From Macrostomum lignano (lineage: Eukaryota): 64,000 nucleotides of DNA. Below, piece after piece: positions 36,425 through 48,329 of this stretch. The stretch spans positions 386,441 through 450,440 of the forward strand of contig NIVC01000866.1 of assembly GCA_002269645.1 (NCBI GenBank). Direction: 5' to 3'. A program made the position numbers and the translations under genes. Numbering within the stretch: position 1 is the first letter of the stretch; each line of letters starts with the position of its first letter. The notes under the pieces are model-generated. The model had not been told where the DNA came from. It made no database searches and saw only the letters and a program-made list of their open reading frames with translations.

Positions 36425-36770
36425 ATTGACATCTCAGCGTTTCCCCCGTGAGCCTTGACATCTCGGCAATTCCCCATGAGCCTTGACATCTCATCAATTC
36501 CCCCGTGAGCCTTGACATCTCAGCAATTCCCCATGAGCCTTGACATCTCATCAATTCCCCCGTGAGCCTTGACATCTCAGCAATTCCCCCGTGAGCCCTG
36601 ACATCTCAGCAATAACCCATGAGCCTTGACATCTCAGCAATTCCCCCGGGAGCCTTGACATCTCAGCGATTCCCCCGTGAGCCCTGACATCTCAGCAATT
36701 CCCCCGGGAGCCTTGACATCTCAGCAATTCCCCATGAGCCCTGACATCTCAGCAATTCCCCATGAGCCGC
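36425..36770. repeat. ~31-bp repeat (GAGCCTTGACATCTCAGCAATTCCCC..)
   Basis: Same family as the inverted array at 43100-44035 and relics at 47240-48220. Confidence 0.88.
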
Positions 36771-37160
36771 AGAGTTTTGGTCTCTGCGCTGCTCAAGCAA
36801 CGAATCTCTGTAACCAATGAACACATCGACTTAGTCAGAAAACAGGAATTCGATGCCGGATGCAAACTCTCACCAATATTGGCTGCTGCTACATGTTGAT
36901 GTCAACCGGATGTGAGTTTCGTTCAAAAATGAAACCCAACCTGGGTTTAGGTAGGAAACAAATGACTAACAGAAGTTTGCACAAAATTAGCTCCGCGGAT
37001 GCCAACTGGAAAATCCAGACCAGGTTCTGGCAGTGTAAATTTAGAGTGTGGGAGTTGATAAACGTCTGCCTAGAGAATTAAAAAATCTGGGATCAAGATT
37101 CGAATCCATTTATCTACATGTATCTTGTCTTGAGCAGGCACACCCTCACAGATGAATAAA

Positions 37161-37330
37161 GCGGCCCTAACTTTATAAATCGTTAGGCATGTATACTTCG
37201 CTGTGCCTTTGGGGTTGGCCTTCAAGACTGTTTGTTGCAAGAGCAGAGCCAAGCCGAGGAATTTAGGCACAAATTAATGTGAAGGCACTTGGAATCGAGC
37301 CTGGGCCGCTGGCGCATCACCGCTGGGCTA
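37161..37330 (-). mobile_element. tRNA-derived SINE-like repeat, copy 2
   Basis: Minus strand TAGCCCAGCGGT...GGCTCGATTCCAAGTGC...GGCTTGGCTCTGCTC...CCTAACGA...AAGTTAGGGCCG, shared with 245-432. Confidence 0.65.
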
Positions 37331-38669
<1,339 letters not shown>

Positions 38670-39444
38670 TGACAGCACAGGTCAATTGTTGAACTTTGCT
38701 AACAGATAAGACGCATTATAATTGTAAAGCAATAATAATTATACATCTGCACTATCTCAGAGTCCAATACAAAATTTGGTGTACAAAACACAACACGCAC
38801 AAGCACACAGATTACGCAGGAAGTTATAAATGGTCATATTAAACACTTAAAGAAAACAGAGAGACTGGCAATAGAGGACGCTAAAAGTATAGCAGCTATG
38901 CACTAAACACACTACTGATTGAGTAGGCAGCTAAGTAGATTAACTCGATAATTAATTGAAAAAACTAATTTAAAATTTGCATTTGAAAAAAAAAATTTTG
39001 TTGAGCAACAATAACTCAGAAGACGAGAGAAAATAATTAGCCAACTTTATATGATTTCTACTGGCCGATATGTATCGAAAAACCACTATATTGGAGAAGC
39101 ATGGCACAACTTGAAGACTGATACTATGCATATATATAGCTGAATTGTCAGAAACAACCAGAATTACATGTCTACTGTTAAATTTACATGTCTACTACTT
39201 ATAAGACAACAAAGTAGAGTTGCGCGAATGTTGTAAGCATTTTTTGTACTAAGCTACCAAAATTAAATTGTGGCATGTGAAAAATTGAAGGTTAAATTCT
39301 ATCAGAACTGCCAGAGTTCAGAGTTGCTTAATTAGTACAAGTACAAGTTCCTGTGCACTAGAAACAAACGCATACCATTCAATTGAAATTTGTTCTTCTA
39401 AACGAAAGAGGTAAACATTTCAATATGACAACATTTTCAGATTT

Positions 39445-39511
39445 TCATTTCACGCGAATATCGTCGAACTTTCGCAGCAAGTCGTCCCGGTCTTTCTCCC
39501 GCTTTCGCTCT
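39445..39511 (-). CDS. PPP2R5: PPP2R5 exon 6 (stop)
   Basis: Acceptor TCTTCAG; (K)[21 protein letters not shown]; phase matches exon 5. Confidence 0.82.
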
Positions 39512-42500
39512 CTGAAGACATTTGATGTCGCAAAAAGGTTGAAATTTATTGGCGAGAGGATTGGAAAATTCCTGGGACGGATAAATGGAGATCCTCAGCG
39601 GATAAGGGGAAATTCTCAAGGGCGGATAAGTGGAGATTCTCAGGGGAGGATAAGGGAGATTCTCAGGGGCGGATAAGGGCAGATTCTCAGGGGAGGATAA
39701 GGGAGATTCTCAGGGGCGGATAAGGGCAGATTCTCAGGGGAGGATAAGGGCAGATTCTCAGGGGCGGATAGGGAGATTCTCAGAGGAGAATAAAGGAGAT
39801 TCTCAGGGGCGGATAAGGAGATTCTCAGGGGCGAATAAAGGGAGGTTCTCAGGGGCGGATAAGGGAAGATTCTCAGGGGCGGATAAGGAGATTCTCAGAG
39901 GAGGATAAGGGAAGATTCTCAGGGGCGGATAAGGGAGGATTCTCAGGGGCGGATAAGGGAAGATTCTCAGGGGCGGATAAGGGAAGATTCTCAGGGGCGG
40001 ATAAGGGAAGATTCTCAGGGGCAGATAAGGGAGATTCTCAGGGGCGGATAAGGGGAGATTCTCAGGGGCGCATAGTAGAGATGAAAAGCTTTCAAACTCA
40101 CTTTTGCCTCTCATTCTTGTAGGCGTTGGTGAGATCATCAAACAGTTTAGTGTTCATCTCCATAAAGGTCTTGAGCACATTGTAGACCATGGCCACAATG
40201 GTTTGGTTCCAGTGCTCTCGCGAAATCCTGTAGAACGCTGGGAACAGAATGGGCATGAGGACTTCATTGTGCTCCTCAACCAGTGATGCAATGTACTCAT
40301 TGTTCCAGTAGAGCACCGCTCGCTCGGCCACCTGCGGATTGGTGCAGCCAGCTTGTAACTTGCTTTTGAAAATAAATGCTTACTAGAGAACTCGGATTGT
40401 CTTGTATCTACAAACTACCCCGGGTACTAAATTCTACCCTAGGTGCTTAAAAACTACCGTAGGTACTTACAAAATACCCTAGGTGTCTACAAACTACCGT
40501 AGGTACTTACAAACTATCCTATATGCTTACAAACTACCCTAGGTACTCAAAACTACCCTAGGTGTCTATAAACTACTCTAGGTACTTACAAACTAGCCTA
40601 GGTACTTACAAACTAGCCTAGGTACTTACAAACTAGCCTAGGTACTTACAAACTAGCCTAGGTACTTACAAACTATCCTAAGTACTTACAAACTAGCCTG
40701 TGTTTGTAAACTACCCTAAGAACATACAAACTACCCTAGGTGTCTATAAACTACCCTAAGTACTTACAAACTACCCTAGGTGTCTATAAACTACCCTAGG
40801 TGTCTGTAAACTACCCTAAGTACTTACAAACTACCCTAGGTGTCTATAAACTACCCTAAGTACTTACAAACTACCCTAGGTGTCTATAAACTACCCTAAG
40901 TACTTACAAACTACCATAGGTGTCTATAAACTACCCTAAGTACTTACAAATTACCCTAGGTGTCTGTAAACTACCCTAGGTACTTACAAACTACCCTAGG
41001 TCTCTATAAACTACCCTAAGTACTTACAAACTACTCTAGGTGTCTGTAAACTACCCTAGCTACTCACAAAGGTTTTTAAAAACTATCCTAGGTATCTAAA
41101 AGCTACTCAGACAGCAAAACTAGCCAACGCACTCATACAACATGCCTTATCTAACCGTAATGCAATACCTTACAGAAAGAGAAGCACGAGTTCCTACCTG
41201 AAAATGCGAGCTGCCCACAGACCGGGCCACCTGTCTAAACAGCGGTCTCATAATCTTCTCAAACTGGGCCGGCTCGATCACGTCCAGAATCTCTTCAATC
41301 TCGCCGAGGTACATCACCTCCTTGGAGCTGACTGTCCTGGGCCAGAACTTGAGCAGCCCCAGCACCACCGGCTCGGTGAGGGTTGAGTCCTTCTCAAGGA
41401 ACTGCACTACACAGTAGGCCAGCTGGGCGTGAAACATGCCGAGAGACTTGGCCTTGTGCAGCGGCAGCAGCACTTTCATGAGGAACTGCTTGTGCTCAGC
41501 CTTCAACGGCAGCGCAAATCCATTGATGATGCTGCCCAGAATCTCAAGCAACTCGCCAACACCATTGAACTTCTCAGTCTGATAGATGAACCGCAGGAAA
41601 ATATTATTAATCTGCTTCCTAATGAAAGCTCTCAGGCCGAGAAATTTGCCATAGATTCGGTGGAGAACAGTTTTCAAAAAGTCGCGCTCTCGAGGATCTT
41701 CGCTGTCGAAGAGTTCGAGGAGCTGAGGTTTGAAGAGGGATTATTAAATTGGGATAACTGATCAGACTGTCAGATTAGTTCAATGTACATCTTAGTAACA
41801 GTTAAAAAGTTTTTGCCATATTTTTCTTGCATTGCTACTAACAGTATATGAACAAGCACATGGCTAACGTGTTTAATGTTTTGCTATTCATTTACTCCTA
41901 TTTCTACTAACAGTAGATGAACAAGCACATGGCTAACGTGTTTAATGTTTTGCTATTCATTTACTCCTATTTCTACTAACAGTAGATGAACAAGCAAATG
42001 GCTATCGTGTTTAATGTTTTGCTATTCATTTACTCGCATTTCTACTAACAGTAGATGAACAAGCACATGGCTAACGTGTTTAATGTTTTGCTATTCATTT
42101 ACTCCTATTTCTACTAACAGTAGATGAACAAGCACATGGCTAACGTGTTTAATGTTTTGCTATTCATTTACTCGCCTTTTTACTAACAGTAGATGAACAA
42201 GCAAATGGCTATCGTGTTTAATGTTTTGCTATTCATTTACTCGCCTTTTTACTAACAGTAGATGAACAAGCAAATGGCTATCGTGTTTAATGTTTTGCTA
42301 TTCATTTACTCGCATTTCTACTAACAGTAGATAAACAAGCACATGGCTAACGTGTTTTATGTTTTGCTATTCATTTACTTGAATTTCTACTAACAGTAGA
42401 GTAGTTGACATAATAATATCTAAATTTCTTACTTTAACATTAACATTAACGGTGAAATATTATTAACATACCTGCAGTACGAACCGCTGGTCGATGTACT

Positions 42501-44466
42501 TTTTAGCCACGGAAGGTTGGAAATCTGGCGACTCCAGTACGCGCAGAAAGAATTCGTAGATGAACTAGAATATTATGAAATCAGGTCATTCGGAGCTTTC
42601 TTTCATTTTAAGGCACTGTTATTAAACGATTTATAAAGGCTATAGCAGACCTGAAGATGCGGCCAAGAAGCCTCCAATGTTGGATCATCCTCATCTGGAT
42701 CGAACTCGGCGTTGTCGGACGGAGGCAGATTGCGGAAAATGTTGCACGCAATCTGCGGATTGGGGGAGGGGATGGGCGGCTTTATGATCCAAACAGGTGT
42801 ACATTTTTACATTCGCGGGGGGTTGGGGGAGGGGTGGGTGGCTTTGTGACCCAAGCATATGTATGTACATTTGTACATTGGCGGGGGTAAGGAAAATTTG
42901 TGTACATGCGAATGGGCACTTTAGGGAGAGAAAAGATGAGGCGTAGGAGGGATAAAGAGAAAAAATAACGTCAAATGTACAGTCAACCATTGGGAGCACT
43001 CCATCAAGACCAGGGACTTCTAGTTTCTTGGACTTAAAGCCAACTTGCGTATTAAGGCCCCAATTGACTTGAATCTCTCGTTTCATGATTTGGGGGTGCT
43101 GAGATGCCAAGACTTACAAGGGAATTGCTGAGATGCCAAGACTCAGGGGGAATGCTGAGATGCCAAGACTCAGGGGGAATGCTGAGATGCCAAGACTCAG
43201 GGGGACTGCTGAGATGCCAAGACTCACAGAGGGGAATGCTGAGATGCCAAGACTCACAGAGGGGAATGCTGAGATGCCAAGACACACAAGTGAATGCCGA
43301 GATGCCAAGACTCAGGGGGAATGCTGAGATGCCAAGACTCAGGGGGAATTTCTGAGATGCCAAGACTCAGGGGAATGCTGAGATGCCAATACTCACAGAG
43401 GGGAATGCTGAGATGTCAAGACTCAGGGGAATGCTGAGATGCCAAGACTCACAGGGAATGCTGAGATGTCAAGACTCAGGGGAATGCTGAGATGCCAAGA
43501 CTCAGGGGGAATAGCTGAGATGCCAAGACTCACAGAGGGGAATAGCTGAGATGCCAAGACTCAGGGGAATAGCTGAGATGTCAAGACTCACAGGGGGGAT
43601 GCTGAGATGCCAAGATTCAGGGGGAATGCTGAGATGCCAAGACTCAGGGGGAATTTCTGAGATGCCAAGACTCAGGGGAATGCTGAGATGCCAATACTCA
43701 CAGAGGGGAATGCTGAGATGTCAAGACTCAGGGGAATGCTGAGATGCCAAGACTCACAGGGAATGCTGAGATGTCAAGACTCAGGGGAATGCTGAGATGC
43801 CAAGACTCAGGGGGAATAGCTGAGATGCCAAGACTCACAGAGGGGAATAGCTGAGATGCCAAGACTCAGGGGAATGCTGAGATGCCAAGACTCAGGGGAA
43901 TGCTGAGATGCCAAGACTCAGGGGAATGCTGAGATGCCAAGACACAGGGGGAATTGCTGAGATGCCAAGACACAGGGGGAATTGCTGAGATGCCAAGACT
44001 CAGGGGAATGCTGAGATGCCAAGACTCAGGGGGATGCTTAAATGTCACTTGTCAGGCTTGAATACTGAAATGTGCTCACCATTCGTATAATCTCTGGATA
44101 AGTTGAGTCCTGCAGCACGCCCCTAGTGACAGTGACAAAGTCAACCAGTTCATTCAGGCAGGTCCGTTTAACCTCTTTCGATTTCAGATCGGACACGGGG
44201 TCGCTGAAGTCGAACACAACGCGGCACTGCTGCAGCTTCTGCTGGAACAGTTCAATCTGATCAGCGCTGGTTGCATCTTTCAGCGGCGGCAGAGCGTTCA
44301 GCTCAGTTGGGGCTTTCGGTCGATAATGCGACGAGCCGTGAGAGCGCTTCGGTTTTTTGCTCGCCTTCAGCTCATTGCGGTTGCGAAATGGGTCGGCCTT
44401 GTCACCGCTAGGAGCTGCATTGGCGGCTACATGAGGAGCTGCAGAAGATTTTCCATGGGCTGACAT
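39445..44466 (-). CDS. PPP2R5: PP2A regulatory subunit B56 (PPP2R5A/E, widerborst-like), 467 aa: complement(join(39445..39511,40102..40331,41198..41722,42472..42564,42651..42752,44080..44466))
   Basis: [103 protein letters not shown]. Six phase-consistent GT-AG exons (1404 nt). Confidence 0.96.
39590..40070. repeat. ~23-bp minisatellite (GGGAGATTCTCAGGGGCGGATAA) in PPP2R5 intron 5
   Basis: Visible. Confidence 0.92.
40102..40331 (-). CDS. PPP2R5: PPP2R5 exon 5
   Basis: [13 protein letters not shown]...[22 protein letters not shown]. Confidence 0.95.
40420..41100. repeat. ~20-bp minisatellite (TACTTACAAACTACCCTAGG) in PPP2R5 intron 4
   Basis: Visible. Confidence 0.92.
41198..41722 (-). CDS. 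PPP2R5: PPP2R5 exon 4
   Basis: [17 protein letters not shown]...GSSHFQ. Confidence 0.95.
41833..42400. repeat. 69-bp tandem repeat in PPP2R5 intron 3, ~8 copies
   Basis: CTACTAAC recurs at 41904, 41973 and 42042. Confidence 0.93.
42472..42564 (-). CDS. PPP2R5: PPP2R5 exon 3
   Basis: [31 protein letters not shown]. Confidence 0.93.
42651..42752 (-). CDS. PPP2R5: PPP2R5 exon 2
   Basis: [34 protein letters not shown]. Confidence 0.93.
43100..44035. repeat. ~27-31-bp minisatellite (GCTGAGATGCCAAGACTCAGGGGGAAT) in PPP2R5 intron 1
   Basis: Visible. Confidence 0.93.
44080..44466 (-). CDS. PPP2R5: PPP2R5 exon 1
   Basis: MSAHG...[10 protein letters not shown]...LPPLKD; donor GTGAGC. The frame stays open upstream to an acceptor at 44506-44507. 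Confidence 0.9.
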
Positions 44467-45092
44467 GACCTTATTTGACTGACCAGGCTGGAGCTGGCTG
44501 ACATTCTGCAAGATGTGAAGTTAATCAAATTCAATTTTGGCATCCTGCGCATTTTTACCCCAGAAGTGCGCCGCCATTAAATTTATATATGTATTTAAAT
44601 TATCAGTATTTGTAGAATTAGTTTGGCACCCACTATCCCTACTTACAGTAATACATATCGCAGCAGATAAAATTTTAAGAAAGAGCAAATTAAACAACTG
44701 GGCGGCAATCCCAATTCACATGGTATATAGCAATTTCATCTGCCATATTTTTTTGCTTTACCGCACGCTTGAAAAGAGCAAAATCTACTGTCTACTAAAT
44801 AGACAGGGATAACTTTTTGAAGAATGCTTTTTTCAACACATTAATGCTTATATATTCTACTTTCCAATGACACCAAACTTGTTGATTTTCAATATCAATA
44901 ACAAGCATAATTGATTACAATTGATTGCAACCAACAGCTATCGCCCAGTGCATCTGAAGGCTGTGTACGGCTATTTAGTCCAAGGACTAGGGGGGGGGGG
45001 GTTGCTACACATAGCTCAAGAACACAAATTGTTCCAGTGTGATTGGGAATTGAAACTCCCCCCTCCCCAACCTTCAATTTGTAAGTGCTTGA

Positions 45093-45884
45093 GGCTCATT
45101 CCATATAAGCATGGTCGTAACATGACAGGTTATTTTTACTTATAAAATGAAATCTAATAATACAATAGAATATACTAAACCAATATTTTAAATGAAAGAT
45201 TATTTTGTCTAGAATATATTTACAGAGTTTCATATAGATATCATCATTAGTATAGATGCTATTAAACCTTAAATGACACTTATGGTCGTAACGACAGGAT
45301 TTTTGACATATAGAAACTAAAAGGTAAAAGTCTTATAACATTTTTCATTTTTGATATTTTGCAATACATTTTTAAAATTTGACTAAGAACATCTTTAGAA
45401 ATCATACTCTTTTATTAGAATATATAAACTCAAAAGGCAACAAAGATACAAAAGAAAAGGCAGCCTTATGGTCGTAACATTATGGTCGTAACATATTTTT
45501 TTCTGTCAATTCAGTAACTTTGAGGTACTAATACATTAAAAATATAATAGATTATTTGGTCACCAATGCTTTTATCTGATGATGCAAGTACTATACTTTT
45601 ATCTATAGTTTGTTTCAACCTTCAAAAGCTTTCTATTTGTTTTTAAAAGGTACAAAATCTTAATGATGTCTTTTGCTTCGAAAAATGTCCAAATTTTTAC
45701 AAAAATGACTTTTTGCCAATTGATAACATACTAATCCAACATTTTACCATTCCTTTATTCTTAGATTGTATATATTGCACAATATAAACATTTGGTAAAA
45801 AAAATAGGCTAATTAGGCAATGGCAAGCAAAAATATTGACTTTTTTCTATTTTCCAAATATGTCCATCTTATATGGAATGAGCC
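45093..45884. mobile_element. Non-autonomous DNA transposon with 17-bp TIRs and TTGA target duplication (Kolobok/Sola2-like)
   Basis: GGCTCATTCCATATAAG at 45093 and its perfect reverse complement ending 45884; TTGA on both sides; internal repeated TGGTCGTAAC. Confidence 0.7.
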
Positions 45885-47367
45885 TTGATACAATATATAT
45901 AATTTTTTAATACAAGTTGCATATATGCACAAATCTATGCACAAATTTATAACACCCTTCAGAATATATTGTGATGTGTTCTACAGTGTATAGTACAATT
46001 ATATATAGTTCTAAATGTACATTTACATGTAATCAATTGTGCACAGATAAAAAATACATATATAACAATCCATGTACTAAAAATGGTCTGTCTATAGGTA
46101 TCTATCTAGGTATGTGATCCATTTTAGCAAAAATGGCTCAATATTGAACACTAAAGTTGTTGCAAGCTATAATCATAGTTACTTTGAACCTGCTGCTTGG
46201 CAGTTGCTATGCTATAAGAAGTCTTCCCAAATGAGAAACATAATGGCTATATTTTTCATTAAAGCCTAGCAGTTTATCAAAGAATTAGCCTGCTTGGCCT
46301 TATCCTATATACTCAATGCAATAGACCTATGTATACTTTATACAAATACTTGTAGCTAATGACGCTATCTTGCTTGCTAGCTAATAGTATTAAAACTGCA
46401 TTTGAAGACCCATAGCTGCAAATTAGGCATCATAGGCACAAATAGACCTATATAACTACATTGATTTAACATGGTTATTGCATTCTATGTGGAGTGTTCA
46501 GTCCCTCTAAGTATATATATACTTGCTAGTACTTATTAATGTTAACAAGATAAACAATGCTAATCAGGATTTATACTTAGGATGGAAAATATGTAATATT
46601 ATACATGATTTTGCTTTAAATTAATATTTAAGCAAAGCAAAAAAACTTACTAGGGCTGCAGCTTTGTAGCCTTATATTTCTATATTAACACTGTTCTCAA
46701 ATCAAGGCAAAGCATTGTACTGTAAGGTTATAGTAGAGGCAGCATAAATAGCTTAGCTCATGAGGCTTGTAAGCCGCTTGTTATCCCTATTGGAATAGAA
46801 TCACCAAAACCTGCAGATACCATGCAAGCCATTGCAAGGAAATTTCAAAGGGCTATGCTTGGCTTGCCTTGGTAGCCTTATTAGAATAAGTGGCTTGGAC
46901 ACTCCAATATAGACTAAAAAGAGTTAAGTTACTTATTATGTGCATATGCAACTAGGTCATTCCACTTTCACAACAGGGTCTTATCAGGTTTTTTAACTTT
47001 AAATTAAGCACTTGTAACTTTTTAACCATAAGTATAATAGATAGAACAAAGTTACAAAAAGCAATAATGTCAAAATTCTACTTCTATACTTTTTACTAGC
47101 TGCTTATGAATTCTAAAACAACTGAAAATATAGATATAACTAGCAATCTACGCCCCCCGTTGGGGAGCCAAAGAAATGCAATACACGTTTTTTTAATAAG
47201 CTACATGTATCCTTGAAATCTTAAAAAATCTCCTGTCAAACCTTGTAAGCCTTGACATGTCAGTAATTCCCCCCACAAGCTTTAACATATCAACTTCCCC
47301 CCCCCCCCTGACATCTCAGCAATTCCCCCAATAAGCCTTGAAAATCTAAAAATATCTGTCAACCTTC

Positions 47368-47440
47368 TAACCCTAATCCTAACCTAACCCTAACCCTAAC
47401 CCTAGCCTAACCCTAACCCTAACCCTAACCCTAACCCTAA
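47368..47440. repeat. Interstitial telomere-type (CCCTAA)n / (TTAGGG)n tract
   Basis: ~11 mostly perfect hexamers. Confidence 0.85.
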
Positions 47441-48329
47441 AGCATTGAAATTTCAGTAATTCTCTCTAAGAGTCATTATAGCACTACTACAGCATTATAG
47501 CGATTCCCTGCAAGCCTCGACATCGTAGGGATTCCCAAATGAATCTCTTAACTTCGACATGAAGCTTCTTTTATTTTTTACATTACGCTTTTTTTATCAG
47601 CGATCCCTCCCCTGAGGAGGCATCAAATAATGTAATAAAAAGTTTTCAATAAACTACATGTAGCTTCTGGCTTTAGCCTTGAAATCTCATTTATACCCCA
47701 GTGAGCCTTGACATCTCAGCTACTCCCCCCGTAAGCCTTGACATGTCAGCGATGGCCCCCATAAACCTTGAAATCTAAAAAATCCCCTGTTAACCTTGAA
47801 ACCCGATAAAATATAACCCTCAACCCACACCTGACCTAAACCTAACTTTAACCCAACCTAAAGCCTTGAAACCTCAGCAATTCTTCTCCCCTAAGCCTTG
47901 ACATTTTAGTGATTCCTTCTTTAAGAATCATAGCACTATAACGATTTCCACCAAGCTTTGACATCCTAGCAATTCCCAAATGAATCTTTTAACTTTGACA
48001 TGACTTTTCTTTTATGTATACATAGTGCTACTTTTATTTTTTACATGACTCTTCTTCTATCAGCGCCTCCCCCCGTGGCGAGCCAACAAAAAATGCAATA
48101 AAAAAATTGAGTAAAGTACATGAACTCTGAAGTAGCTTCTGACTTTTGCTTTGACATCTCAGAAACGCCCCCATAATCTCAGTTATTCTCTGTGAGCCTT
48201 GACGTCTCAGTTTTTCTCCCCAGCACAGCATTATAGCTGCATTTAATTTTTACATGACACCTTCATGTCTGACATGACGCTTCTTTTATTCTACCATGAT
48301 GCTTCTTAATTTTTTAAATGACACTTTCA

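Noticed and set aside
41833-42400. TACTAAC branch-point consensus in every 69-bp unit
   Set aside because: It lies on the strand opposite to PPP2R5 transcription.
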